Part shown: piece by piece, positions 51,180-60,948 of the stretch
Position numbering within the stretch: position 1 is the first letter of the stretch
Layout of the letters: every line of letters begins with the position of its first letter
Assembly (NCBI GenBank): GCA_017456905.1
Contig: JAFTIL010000017.1
Coordinates: forward strand, 18,313-82,312
Direction: 5' to 3'
DNA from: Clostridia bacterium
Lineage (GTDB): Bacteria > Bacillota > Clostridia > Oscillospirales > CAG-272
DNA length: 64,000 nucleotides
The notes under the pieces: model-generated
Seen by the model: the letters and a program-made list of their open reading frames with translations, nothing else
The model's database searches: none
What the model was told of the DNA's origin: nothing
Made by a program: the position numbers and the translations under genes

Positions 51180-51225
51180 TTATCTCTTATAAATTTTTGT
51201 TCTGTAAACAGAAAGGACTGTTCCC

Positions 51226-51894
51226 ATGGCTGAACTCAGAGTAAATCCCACCAGAATGGAACTGAAAAAGGTGCAGGCTCGCTACGTAACTGCCCGCCGC
51301 GGTCACAAGCTGCTGAAGGACAAGCGCGACGAGCTGATGAAGCGCTTTCTCGAAGTGGTACGCGAGGACAAGGAGCTTCGTATTCGCGTCGAGGCGGCGT
51401 TGGGTGCCGTGCACAACAGCTTCAGCATCGCCAGCGCGGTGAGCAGTCCTCAAATGCTCAAGGAGGCCATGCTTCTTTCTAAAAGGGAAGGGCGGTTGGA
51501 CGTATCCTACAAGAACCTCATGAGCGTGACCGTTCCTGTATACTCCTTGGAGGTTACGGGCGAGGGCGGTTCCGATAGCTATAACTACGGCATGGCCTTT
51601 ACTTCTGGCGAATTGGATGCATCTCTGAGGGAATTGAACGGGATCCTCACGGATCTCGTCCGCATGGCGGAGCTGGAAAAGACCGCGCAAATGCTGGCGG
51701 AGGAGATCGAAAAGACCCGCCGCCGTGTCAATGCTCTGGAGTATATCATGATGCCCCGCTACCTTGAGACCATCAAGACCATCAAGATGAAGCTTGAGGA
51801 AAATGAACGCGGTAACACCACGCGGCTCATGAAGGTTAAGGATATGATGCTCGCGGCACAACTGAAAACGCAGAATACTGAAGAAGATGAATAA
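51226..51894 (+). CDS. ntpD: V-type ATPase subunit D
   Basis: VNPTRMEL, GHKLLKDKRDEL, TRRRVNALE. Confidence 0.97.
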   Translation: MAELRVNPTRMELKKVQARYVTARRGHKLLKDKRDELMKRFLEVVREDKELRIRVEAALGAVHNSFSIASAVSSPQMLKEAMLLSKREGRLDVSYKNLMSVTVPVYSLEVTGEGGSDSYNYGMAFTSGELDASLRELNGILTDLVRMAELEKTAQMLAEEIEKTRRRVNALEYIMMPRYLETIKTIKMKLEENERGNTTRLMKVKDMMLAAQLKTQNTEEDE

Positions 51895-51896
51895 TC

Positions 51897-51935
51897 AAAG
51901 GGCGCACTCTTTTTTGAGTGCGTCCTGCTTTTTTA
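51897..51935 (+). terminator. intrinsic terminator of the ATPase operon
   Basis: AGGGCGCACTC/GAGTGCGTCCT plus T run. Confidence 0.75.
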
Positions 51936-51948
51936 CCCCCAAATCATC

Positions 51949-51977
51949 TTGATTTTTATCGTATTATGTGGTATACT
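51949..51977 (+). promoter_or_regulatory. sigma-A promoter
   Basis: TTGATT-17 bp-TATACT, extended -10. Confidence 0.55.
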
Positions 51978-52091
51978 TAACCATGGATTATTGTGTTCAG
52001 CACGATTCTCCCCGAACGTGGAGTTTGATCTAGCAACACGGGCGAATTGAAAAATATCTTTGTGCTGCCGAGAGGCAGGTTGGAGATGAAT

Positions 52092-55000
52092 ATGCAATTA
52101 TTGATACATAGACGGAAAACTCGCAGCGGAGCATCCGTTTCGCTGAAAAATCATATAGCACGTTGGGTGCTTTTGACGCTTTCTCTCGCTTTGAGCATCA
52201 CCTGCTTTTTGAACCCTGTCGCAGCAGAGACAAGGGATGAAACGCTGTCTTACTATTTTACAGATCCCGAGGGTACTGATACCGTCATGCCGCAAGGTGA
52301 GGTGGTGGCGGGACTGTTAGGCGGTATTCCCGCTTCAGAGATTGATTATCTGAACAACCATAGCCGATACGTTTTGTATACTGCCGCCATCCCCCGCGAC
52401 AAGACCTACGCTCACGTGAGCGGTGACGGCGTGTTGGTGTTGGCGTACGACTATGTCTATACCACAACTGATGGCATTACCGTCATGTGGATGCCCTTGC
52501 TTGCCGAGAATACCGAAACGGGCGAAATCACGGATATGAGTTATGATTCTGATCTGGAACTGTACCGCGGTTATCTGGCAGGCGAGGAAGACCAGTCCAT
52601 CAAGGTCTATTTTGCCGCGTCCTTCACGCTTTCCGAGGATGTTGCCTTGGAGATGGTCAACGAGGCTCACAAGGCCGCCGTATCGCTGATGGCTGCCATG
52701 GAGTTCTATGAAACTGCGTTGGGATTGTGGACGCCCCAAAAAGAAGCGTATGATGCTTATCTTTCGGCGTACGATGCGTGGGTGACGGCTACCAAAGCCT
52801 ACGAAGACTATTTGAAAGAGAAGGCTGTGTATGACGCATGGTGGGAGGATCACGACGCGAAGGAAGCCGCCATGAATGCCTATCTGGAGCAGAAGGCTGC
52901 CTATGAGGCGTGGACAAAATATCAAAGTGATCTGGAAGCCTACGAGGCTTATATGGCATTGGTCAACGCCAGTCCTGAATTGAAGGCACAGTATGAAGCG
53001 GATATGGCGATCGTGCTGTCACAGCTCGCCGTCATGGATCGGATGTTTATCAAGTCGCATATTTCGGGCTATAGCTTTGAGGGCGTTCTTAACAGTGGAG
53101 CCGTTGATTATATTTTGAATAACAAGGATGAGCTTTTGAACGTACCCGATATCCAAAACAAGGAGGATGTCTATACGTCGGTGGATGCTACAAGGGCTCT
53201 CCGCAAGCTGGTCGATGCTTATAAGGCTCTTACAAGCAGAGAAGAGCAATACGAATTCTATATTGCCAATCGTGACGAGATGACCACTTGGATGAAGGCG
53301 CTGTACCGTAGCATGGTCGCACTTGGCGAGGTGGAATTCGTATACGATACCCTCCAAAGCAAAGGCGCTTTAGACACGTATTTACAATTCCTTGGCAATC
53401 TTTACGTCCAGGGATGGCTCATGGACGATGCTGCGACGTTGGATATAGATACGGCTATTTTCGGCAGAAATCTGACCGAATTAGTGGAGTCTGAACTGAT
53501 CCTTGAGGATAAAAACCAAATGGCTCCGTTGGAGGCTTATCCCCATCCGCCCCAAACCTCCGATGACGTGCCGGAGGTACCCTATCCCGGCGATCCCCCT
53601 GCTGAAGCGGAACATCCGGGTGAGATGCCCGATGAAGTGCCTGACACCTATTATGCGCCCGATCTGCCCGCTGAGATCTCCCCTGCAGGTGATGCTCCCG
53701 AGGTTGTGGAGGATCCCGGAGAGGCTCCCTCCGCACCCGAGATGACGGAAGCCGAAAAGGGATTGTATGATGCTTATGTGGCGGGGGAGATCACCGCACG
53801 CGATGCTGATGCGCTTCCTGAGGGTGGTACCTTTTCCACCCTCATGAGTGGTGAGACCCGGGTAGTTTCTGGTAAGACTGTCAAGATCAACTTCTATACC
53901 CACGCAGGAGATCTGATCTCCGGCAAGCGTCTGATCTTTGGCTCGTCTTTGCTTGACAACCAAAATGTGAAACTGCCGAAGGTCTATGCTGAAAACGGTG
54001 CGCTCTTGACCTTTGTGGGCTGGTCTCTAACCCCCATGCCGCTTCCTCAATCGGTGGAGGATGTATACCCTGTCCTGGAAACTACCGAAGTTGTCAAGGA
54101 GCTTTCCCTGTATCCCGTATATCGCCTGTATCATACGTCTGCCAACAAGGCTACTTGCACAGAGGCAGAGGTCTGTAAATATTGTAATGCCGTGCTGACC
54201 CCTGCTTTAGGTCATACTGAAGAAGAGATCCCGGCCGTTGCACCCACCTGTACTGAAACGGGTCTGACCGCAGGAGTTAAGTGCTCCGTTTGCAAAGAGA
54301 TCTTGATCGCCCAGGAAGAGGTTGCGGCTAAGGGCCACACCCCCGGCGACGAGGCCACCTGTACCACCGCTCAGATCTGTACCGAATGTACTGCCGTGGT
54401 GAAACCGGCTATGGGACACGAATGGGACGAAGGCAAGATTACCACGGAGCCCGGCTGTGAGACAGATGGTGAAAGGACATATACTTGTCGGCATGACGAA
54501 ACCCATACGCGCACCGAACCTGTGCCTGCCTTCGGTCATACTGAAGCCGAGGCAATCGAAGAGAACAGAATAGAGGCCAAGTGTGAAGAAGACGGCTCTT
54601 ATGATAGTGTTGTTTATTGTTCTGACTGTTCCAAGGAATTGCGCCGAAAAGTCCAAACCATCCCCGCGCTGGGACACGAATGGGACGAGGGCACGATGAC
54701 CACGAAGCCCAGCTGTGAGACACAAGGCGAAAAGACCTACACCTGTCAGCATGATGAAACTCATACTTACACCGAGCCTGTCGATCCCGTCGGTCATACT
54801 GAAGCCGAGGCAATCGAAGAGAACAGAATAGAGGCCAAGTGTGAAGAAGACGGCTCTTATGATAGTGTTGTTTATTGTTCCGATTGTTCCAAGGAATTGC
54901 GCCGAGAAGTCCAAACCATCCCCGCGCCGGGACACGAATGGGACGAGGGCGAAGTGACCACAGCACCTACTTGTACCGAGTCCGGTATCAGAACACACGG

Positions 55001-56696
55001 ATGTATCCGTTGCGTCGCAACTAAGACCACAGTTGAAGATGCCCTGGATCATGATATGATTTATGAAACCGAGGTGAATCCCACCTGTACGACTCCCGGA
55101 CAAGCTGCAGGAAGTTCTTGCTCCCGTTGTGACTTCTATATGGGTGAAGGTGAGATTCCCGCTTTGGGGCATGATTGGGATGAAGGTGTCGTTGACGTTG
55201 CCCCTACCTGTACTGAAGAAGGATCGCTCAAGTATACTTGCGAGCGAGAGAATTGCGGAGAGATCAAAACTCAGGTTTTGTCTGCTGTAGGACACACCGA
55301 GGAGGAAATCCCCGCCGTTGCATCCACCTGTACCGAAACGGGTCTGACCGCAGGAGTTAAGTGCTCCGTCTGCGGCGAGGTCTTGGTTGCTCAAATCAAA
55401 GTGGATGCTCTCGGTCACAGCTATGAGACTGAGGAGACCGAGCCTACTTGCACCGAGGACGGTTACACCACCTACACCTGTTCGAGATGTGAAGATACTT
55501 ATATTGCCGACGAGATCGAGGCTGCAGGCCACGATTACGAGTCGGTGGTGACTGAACCTACTTGCACCAAGGACGGCTATACCACCTATACCTGCTCGGT
55601 ATGTCATGATGCGTACGTGGGTGACGAGACTGAAGCTACGGGGCACGATTATGAGTCGGTGGTGACTGAGCCCACCTGTACCGAGAATGGCTACACCACT
55701 TACACCTGTGCTGTCTGTCAAGACAACTATATCTCTGACGAGGTCGCAGCTGAGGGACACGATTACGAGTCGGTGGTGATCCCGCCTACCTGTACCGAGG
55801 ATGGGTATACTACCTACACCTGTCCGAAATGTGAAGATACTTATATCGCCGACGAGATCGAGGCCGCAGGGCACGATTATGAGTCGGTGGTGACTGAGCC
55901 TACCTGTACCGAGAACGGTTATACGACCCATACCTGTTCTGTTTGCTATGATACCTATACCGATCACAAGGTAGAGGCTGAGGGGCACACGCCCAATGGC
56001 GATGCTACCTGCACGCAGGATTCCGTCTGTACCGTTTGTGATAGATTGCTGGCGGAAAAGACAGGGCATCATTATAAGCACACGGTCACCCGTCCGACTT
56101 GTGTGGAGGAAGGCTATACTACTCATACCTGTACCCGTTGCGGCGACAGCTACCGAGACAGCGAGACACAGGCCGTGGGACATATCTATGGCTCATGGAT
56201 CGTAGACGTTCAGCCCGCACCTGAGGTAGAGGGTCATCGCTACGCTGAATGTAAGACCTGCGGGTATCGAAGCGAGGAGACCTTGCCTGCTCTTCCCCCC
56301 GTGGAAACAACACCCGACACCGAGCCCGATACCGAGGAGCCGACGGATACGGAAGAGCCTTCAGAAACTGAAGAGCCCACAGATACCGTCGAACCTGACA
56401 CCGAGGAAAGTACCGAGCCTGTGACTGATCCCGAAACCGATACACAACCCATCCCAGAGACAGAGAGAGACACCATGCCCGAAAGTGAGCGTCCTACCGA
56501 GCCTGAGACACGGAGCGAAGAAACAGTGACACTCCCCGGTATTGATATCCCTGAAGTCAAGTGGTATGCCCGATTGTTGGGTGCTGTGGGATTGCCCGGG
56601 TTAGCTATAATCTCCGGCGGTTTCCTTGGCGGTGCTGCGTCTGGTATTGCCATACTGATCATGAAAACCCTGCGAAAAAAACGTCTTAAGAAATGA
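52092..56696 (+). CDS. large surface protein: signal peptide, helical coiled-coil, Pro-rich linker, Cys/His repeats, TE/P linker, C-terminal TM anchor
   Basis: Long ORF; many GH...PTC...G...CxxC units; C-terminal hydrophobic helix plus KTLRKKRLKK; start uncertain (52047/52086/52092). Confidence 0.85.
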   Translation: MQLLIHRRKTRSGASVSLKNHIARWVLLTLSLALSITCFLNPVAAETRDETLSYYFTDPEGTDTVMPQGEVVAGLLGGIPASEIDYLNNHSRYVLYTAAIPRDKTYAHVSGDGVLVLAYDYVYTTTDGITVMWMPLLAENTETGEITDMSYDSDLELYRGYLAGEEDQSIKVYFAASFTLSEDVALEMVNEAHKAAVSLMAAMEFYETALGLWTPQKEAYDAYLSAYDAWVTATKAYEDYLKEKAVYDAWWEDHDAKEAAMNAYLEQKAAYEAWTKYQSDLEAYEAYMALVNASPELKAQYEADMAIVLSQLAVMDRMFIKSHISGYSFEGVLNSGAVDYILNNKDELLNVPDIQNKEDVYTSVDATRALRKLVDAYKALTSREEQYEFYIANRDEMTTWMKALYRSMVALGEVEFVYDTLQSKGALDTYLQFLGNLYVQGWLMDDAATLDIDTAIFGRNLTELVESELILEDKNQMAPLEAYPHPPQTSDDVPEVPYPGDPPAEAEHPGEMPDEVPDTYYAPDLPAEISPAGDAPEVVEDPGEAPSAPEMTEAEKGLYDAYVAGEITARDADALPEGGTFSTLMSGETRVVSGKTVKINFYTHAGDLISGKRLIFGSSLLDNQNVKLPKVYAENGALLTFVGWSLTPMPLPQSVEDVYPVLETTEVVKELSLYPVYRLYHTSANKATCTEAEVCKYCNAVLTPALGHTEEEIPAVAPTCTETGLTAGVKCSVCKEILIAQEEVAAKGHTPGDEATCTTAQICTECTAVVKPAMGHEWDEGKITTEPGCETDGERTYTCRHDETHTRTEPVPAFGHTEAEAIEENRIEAKCEEDGSYDSVVYCSDCSKELRRKVQTIPALGHEWDEGTMTTKPSCETQGEKTYTCQHDETHTYTEPVDPVGHTEAEAIEENRIEAKCEEDGSYDSVVYCSDCSKELRREVQTIPAPGHEWDEGEVTTAPTCTESGIRTHGCIRCVATKTTVEDALDHDMIYETEVNPTCTTPGQAAGSSCSRCDFYMGEGEIPALGHDWDEGVVDVAPTCTEEGSLKYTCERENCGEIKTQVLSAVGHTEEEIPAVASTCTETGLTAGVKCSVCGEVLVAQIKVDALGHSYETEETEPTCTEDGYTTYTCSRCEDTYIADEIEAAGHDYESVVTEPTCTKDGYTTYTCSVCHDAYVGDETEATGHDYESVVTEPTCTENGYTTYTCAVCQDNYISDEVAAEGHDYESVVIPPTCTEDGYTTYTCPKCEDTYIADEIEAAGHDYESVVTEPTCTENGYTTHTCSVCYDTYTDHKVEAEGHTPNGDATCTQDSVCTVCDRLLAEKTGHHYKHTVTRPTCVEEGYTTHTCTRCGDSYRDSETQAVGHIYGSWIVDVQPAPEVEGHRYAECKTCGYRSEETLPALPPVETTPDTEPDTEEPTDTEEPSETEEPTDTVEPDTEESTEPVTDPETDTQPIPETERDTMPESERPTEPETRSEETVTLPGIDIPEVKWYARLLGAVGLPGLAIISGGFLGGAASGIAILIMKTLRKKRLKK
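54413..54950 (+). repeat. 258-nt near-identical coding tandem duplication
   Basis: GGGACACGAATGGGACGA recurs at 54413, 54671 and 54929; the TCGGTCATACTGAAGCCGAG block at 54532 and 54790. Confidence 0.9.
55413..55982 (+). repeat. five 114-nt (38-aa) coding repeats
   Basis: GHDYESVVTEPTCTExGYTTYTCxxC units. Confidence 0.9.
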
Positions 56697-56701
56697 ACCC
56701 G

Positions 56702-56733
56702 GCGGGAGAAAGGTTATCTTTCTCCCGCTTTTT
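56702..56733 (+). terminator. intrinsic terminator
   Basis: GCGGGAGAAAG/CTTTCTCCCGC plus T run. Confidence 0.8.
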
Positions 56734-56758
56734 ACTACGGACAAATGTGCATATCCCC

Positions 56759-56787
56759 TTGACAGAATCCAGGATCAAGGGTATAAT
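56759..56787 (+). promoter_or_regulatory. consensus sigma-A promoter
   Basis: TTGACA-17 bp-TATAAT. Confidence 0.8.
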
Positions 56788-56816
56788 GAAACCATTACGT
56801 AAGAAAAGGAGATACC

Positions 56817-57944
56817 ATGATGCGGGAACAGATCCCTTTGTGGACACTTATGAAAACAGAAGGACTCACGGGTTATGCCGAGAGCAGGACGTTTCTTGAC
56901 GAAAGCCCGCTGTCAAATCTGTCCGAGCTTTTGGGCCTGGGTACCCACGCGGGCTTGAACCGCATGATGCGAATGTCCGGAGTGGAGGAACCCTTGATCA
57001 CGGGCGGGGCATCGGATTACGATAAGGCGGAGGCCTTGTGCCGTGTGATGCCCCTATGGGGCGGTCATCCTTATGTGGGAGCTGTCAAGTGTTTGCTGTC
57101 CCGAGCCTTCGGCGCTGAAATGCCGCTGTGCTCTGATACTTTGCCAACGCTTTGGGAGAGAACAGGGAAAGCTTTGCGGGAAAGCCCGCTCACGGTAGCA
57201 GATCTGCCGAGTTTTTTCGGAATTCAGCGTATCATCCTGCCACTGACGGTGACCGAATTGATGGCTTTGCCCGTAGGGGAGAGCCCCTATGGAGGAAAGG
57301 CCATGACCCTGTATATTGACGATCCCTCGGGAAAAACTCTTTGGGCCTCTCCCCTGTGTCAGCCCTTGAATCTTCAGGAGGGCGGAAAGCTTATGAGTGA
57401 AGCCGTGGAACGGTTGGCTGACGCTTGCGTGGCACGGGGAATTTTAGAGATGACTGTCAATTTGCAGTCCTTGGCCTCCTTTGTTCGCCCCAATGCCTAT
57501 ATGTCCGCGCTGTCGGTGGCCGCTTTGCAAAAAGGGGAACACCTGGACGCTGATGCTCATGCTCTGCTCATCTGCCAGCTTTTGCGTTTGCTGGGGGAGG
57601 CTTGTGTCAAGCACGGCATGGCGTTGACACTTGCAGATATGCCGTCTCATGCCATTTGCCCTCTTCGAGATTATCTTGATTCCTGCGGCCGTCTGCCTCG
57701 TTTGACTGTTGTGGGAGATGACCCCGCTGCCTACCTGGAGGCAGGTGTGTCATCGCTCCTGCACGTAGACCTCCCCGTGTCTCGCGGGGCTTACCTTGCA
57801 CGATTAGAGGCGGCGGCTTCTCGCGCACCTTTGGGATGCATTCGCGGGCTTTACGCTCCCTTGCAGGGACCGCTGGATCTGCCTCTGTACGCCGAGCTAT
57901 GCCACATCTTTTGTCAACAAGCCGAGGCGTGGTCGGCAGAATGA
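56817..57944 (+). CDS. degenerate uronate isomerase (UxaC)-like protein
   Basis: RMMRMSGVEEPLITGGASDYDK...MPLWGGHPY..LLSRAFG resembles the UxaC helical domain; metal-ligand motifs not seen. Confidence 0.55.
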   Translation: MMREQIPLWTLMKTEGLTGYAESRTFLDESPLSNLSELLGLGTHAGLNRMMRMSGVEEPLITGGASDYDKAEALCRVMPLWGGHPYVGAVKCLLSRAFGAEMPLCSDTLPTLWERTGKALRESPLTVADLPSFFGIQRIILPLTVTELMALPVGESPYGGKAMTLYIDDPSGKTLWASPLCQPLNLQEGGKLMSEAVERLADACVARGILEMTVNLQSLASFVRPNAYMSALSVAALQKGEHLDADAHALLICQLLRLLGEACVKHGMALTLADMPSHAICPLRDYLDSCGRLPRLTVVGDDPAAYLEAGVSSLLHVDLPVSRGAYLARLEAAASRAPLGCIRGLYAPLQGPLDLPLYAELCHIFCQQAEAWSAE

Positions 57945-57951
57945 GGTGGAT

Positions 57952-58914
57952 ATGACCCAAAAAGAATTAAATCCCTACCCCTTGAGTGACAGCCATAAAC
58001 GGTATCAAACGTATGATTATTGGTTGAAAAAGACCTTCGGCGGGAAGTGCGCCAAGATCCCTTTGGACGGCGGCTTTACCTGCCCCAATATGGATGGCAC
58101 CTGCGGAGTGGGCGGCTGCATTTATTGCTCAATTCGGGGAAGCGGAGACTTTGCCTTGCCTGCCGACCTTCCCTTACGAGTGCAATACGAAACCCAGCGG
58201 GCGCGGTTGTCGGGGAAGTGGGCCACGGATCGCTGTATCGCCTATTTCCAAGCGCGCACCAATACCTATGCTCCTGCGCGTATTCTGCGGGAAAAATTTG
58301 AAGAGGCTCTTTCGTTTGAAGGTGTGGTGGGGTTGAATATTGCCACGCGCGCCGATTGTCTGCCGCCTGAGACTGTAGACTATCTGGCAGAGCTGGCCGA
58401 GCGCACCGTGCTTACCGTGGAGCTTGGTCTCCAAACAGCCCACGACATTACGGCCGCATATATCAACCGAGGCCACAGCTTTGCGGATTTCAAAGATGGC
58501 TATACACGTTTGATTCGGGCTTCCTCTAAGATCAATACCTGTGTCCATATGATCCTGGGACTGCCGGGAGAGGATCTTTCCATGATGCTGGACAGCATGA
58601 GAGAGGTGGCTCGCCTCCGCCCCACCATGGTCAAGCTCCATCTGCTTCACGTTCTGCGTGGGACGGTGTTGGGGGAGCTGTACGAGCAGGGGGCATACAC
58701 GCCCATGACCCGCGAAGAATACGTTGCAGCCGTGGTCGGGTGTCTGGAGGTGCTTCCGCCGGAGACCGTGATTGCCAGACTCACGGGGGATGGTAACGGC
58801 AAAGAGCTGTTGGCCCCCCTATGGAGTATCAAAAAGATGGCGGTTATCAACGACATCGATAAGCTGATGTTCCGCGAAAATACGTGGCAGGGTCGATGGT
58901 ATGAATGTAAATAA
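57952..58914 (+). CDS. TIGR01212 (YtqA/YhcC) radical SAM protein
   Basis: GFTCPNMDGTCGVGGCIYC, AYFQARTNTYA, ELGLQT, INRGH. Confidence 0.9.
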   Translation: MTQKELNPYPLSDSHKRYQTYDYWLKKTFGGKCAKIPLDGGFTCPNMDGTCGVGGCIYCSIRGSGDFALPADLPLRVQYETQRARLSGKWATDRCIAYFQARTNTYAPARILREKFEEALSFEGVVGLNIATRADCLPPETVDYLAELAERTVLTVELGLQTAHDITAAYINRGHSFADFKDGYTRLIRASSKINTCVHMILGLPGEDLSMMLDSMREVARLRPTMVKLHLLHVLRGTVLGELYEQGAYTPMTREEYVAAVVGCLEVLPPETVIARLTGDGNGKELLAPLWSIKKMAVINDIDKLMFRENTWQGRWYECK

Positions 58915-58961
58915 AAAAGTGTAGCTGTGAGGGATACCTCATCGCTACACTTATCTTTTTT
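58913..58961. terminator. bidirectional terminator
   Basis: AAGTGTAGC..TGAGG/CCTCA..GCTACACTT stem flanked by A and T runs, between convergent genes. Confidence 0.7.
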
Positions 58962-58971
58962 GCTTTGGGTT

Positions 58972-59490
58972 TTATTTCGTGATCTTGATCGCACCTTCAA
59001 AGGCGTTCTCGGCCGCCTCGGTGCGGGCCTCGGAGAGAATAGAGTAGTAGATATAGTTGCCGCAGACCTCTACCTCGGCCTCGTCCAGTTTGGGAAGCTC
59101 GTCGGGATTATAGCTGATCAGCAGGTCGCGGAAGCGGAGCGTCTGCCCCTCCACGTATGCTTCTACAATGGCTTTGAGCTCTGCTACCTTTGCGCTGTCC
59201 TTAACGTGGAACACGCCCACTTCGTCGATATTCACGTCGGATTTTTCAGATACGATGATGCAGTGGTCGGTGATGTTCTCAAGAAGAACGGTGTAATTCT
59301 CTCCCCACATGGAGGCGGAGATATAACTTTCGCTGACCTGACGGTAGCCTTCCTCGGAGGGGATGGCGGTTTTGATCTTTTCCATCACCTGGGCGGAGGT
59401 CAAATCGTCGCGGTATTCGTCACCGCCGCAGGCGGTGAGCAGGGAGAGGATCATGATAACGGCGAGGGAGAGAAGAAGAATTCTTTTCAA
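58972..59490 (-). CDS. DUF4358-like lipoprotein
   Basis: LTAC lipobox; DEVGVF, YNPDELPKL, GNYIYY; GGAGG RBS before TTG 59490. Confidence 0.7.
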   Translation of the reverse strand: MKRILLLSLAVIMILSLLTACGGDEYRDDLTSAQVMEKIKTAIPSEEGYRQVSESYISASMWGENYTVLLENITDHCIIVSEKSDVNIDEVGVFHVKDSAKVAELKAIVEAYVEGQTLRFRDLLISYNPDELPKLDEAEVEVCGNYIYYSILSEARTEAAENAFEGAIKITK

Positions 59491-59516
59491 CGTGTGTTCC
59501 TCCAAATCATTTTTAC

Positions 59517-60365
59517 TTATTTTGTGTAGGCATGGGTGCGGATATACTGCAAAATAACGACGTAAGCCTCTTTATGGAGGTGGATGCCGTCGGAGCTGTT
59601 ACAATATTCAGGCTTGAGTGCATTATCTTCACCTTTGAGCACGGTTTGTGTGTCCAGATAAGGGCAACCGCACTCGGCGGCGATCTCTCGTACCCAACCG
59701 TTGCAGACGTCGATCTTTTCGTTGGTCAGTTTTGTGCTTTGGCAATAGGTGGTCACGGGGAAGATGGATTGCAGGATCACGGTCGTTTCGGGAGAAGCGG
59801 CCTGAATATCACGGATGAGGGCGGTATAACAAGATTTGAAATCGGCCTCGGTGAGGAAGGACACGCCCCAGTCGGTACCAAGGGTGACGATCATGATCTC
59901 GGGCTTGGCCTTGCCTGCGGCCTCCGCAATGGTCATGCTCTCTCCCGTCTCGGGGTAGATGATCTTGGCGGCAGTGACCTCACTGTTGAGGTTGAGCATA
60001 TTATTTTCGGTGCGCCAGACTTGCTTGGTCATCTTTCCTGCCGTCAGGACCTCGCGGGCTACCAAATGAGCGGTGAGGGAATCGCCAACGAAGATCAGCT
60101 TGTCCTGGTACTCGATACCCGCGTCGGGGGTCTCGGGCAGGGGTGTTTGACCCACGTTGGGGTTGACCACAGGGGCACTTGTATCAGCGGGATCGGAGAC
60201 AGAGGCGCCTTCTTTCACGGTATCTTTGGGATTGGCGGGATCCTTGGGGGACGATGCCACCAGGAAGCTGATAAGGCAAATGACTGTTACCAATAGCAAA
60301 ACACCTGTGGCCATGAGCAGACCCATCAAAATTTTATAATAATTTTTGGGAGAAGTGATATTCAT
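59517..60365 (-). CDS. SGNH/GDSL hydrolase with N-terminal membrane anchor
   Basis: FVGDSLT, LGTD, DGIH. Confidence 0.85.
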   Translation of the reverse strand: MNITSPKNYYKILMGLLMATGVLLLVTVICLISFLVASSPKDPANPKDTVKEGASVSDPADTSAPVVNPNVGQTPLPETPDAGIEYQDKLIFVGDSLTAHLVAREVLTAGKMTKQVWRTENNMLNLNSEVTAAKIIYPETGESMTIAEAAGKAKPEIMIVTLGTDWGVSFLTEADFKSCYTALIRDIQAASPETTVILQSIFPVTTYCQSTKLTNEKIDVCNGWVREIAAECGCPYLDTQTVLKGEDNALKPEYCNSSDGIHLHKEAYVVILQYIRTHAYTK

Positions 60366-60383
60366 GAAACAGTGATCCTTCCG

Positions 60384-60854
60384 TTATTTTTTGTCGAGAT
60401 TGAATTGAGATTTATAGGGTATAGGCTCTTTCTTTTCCTTCTTTTTGCCCATAGCCATGGTGATCAGGCAAACGGTAGCGGTAACCACGCCATACACAGC
60501 CGCGAAGAATACCATGTGGACAAGCACCGTGCTTGCCGAGAAATCATTGGCGATCATATAGGGCAGGTAGGCCAGAAAAATACCGCCGAGGCAGAGCAGG
60601 GGGTGAAGGATGATCTTGCTGCCCGTGGGGAGTTTGTCGGTTTTGCGGATCATATCCGCACCGGCAATGCAGAGAGACAGGGGCAGTAGCATAAGAAAGA
60701 CCTTGGCGTTTATGGATTTATCCAGATTTTGCTCAATCAGCCATTGAATAAGAAGCAGAAGCATGGTCAGCGCGGTAAAGACACAGCAGGCGGTGACCGT
60801 CAGCTTGCGTAGCAGAGTCAGCGCTGGGTGAGCACTTTTAGGGGATTGATTCAT
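60384..60854 (-). CDS. 4-TM hypothetical membrane protein
   Basis: Four hydrophobic segments, basic tail; AAGGAA RBS. Confidence 0.7.
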   Translation of the reverse strand: MNQSPKSAHPALTLLRKLTVTACCVFTALTMLLLLIQWLIEQNLDKSINAKVFLMLLPLSLCIAGADMIRKTDKLPTGSKIILHPLLCLGGIFLAYLPYMIANDFSASTVLVHMVFFAAVYGVVTATVCLITMAMGKKKEKKEPIPYKSQFNLDKK

Positions 60855-60906
60855 GGAGGATTCCTTTCCTTCCGTCCAAACGGACAGAGTTATACATCAT
60901 ATAATT

Positions 60907-60935
60907 ATTATAATATATAAAGCGGCGAAATGCAA
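60907..60935 (-). promoter_or_regulatory. sigma-A promoter of the reverse-strand 3-gene operon
   Basis: Minus strand TTGCAT-17 bp-TATAAT. Confidence 0.65.
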
Positions 60936-60948
60936 GGGGTAATTGTAA

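Noticed and set aside
48799-51225. Mobile element or intron explanation for the gene inside the ATPase operon
   Set aside because: No transposase, integrase, maturase, terminal inverted repeats or target duplication seen; flanking genes intact
51980-52080. Riboswitch in the leader of the large surface protein (CAGCACGA/TTGTGCTG stem)
   Set aside because: No recognisable aptamer consensus or expression platform
55413-55982. Regularly spaced repeats as a CRISPR array or DGR template
   Set aside because: Protein-coding repeats with synonymous variation; no cas or reverse transcriptase gene; variation is not adenine-specific
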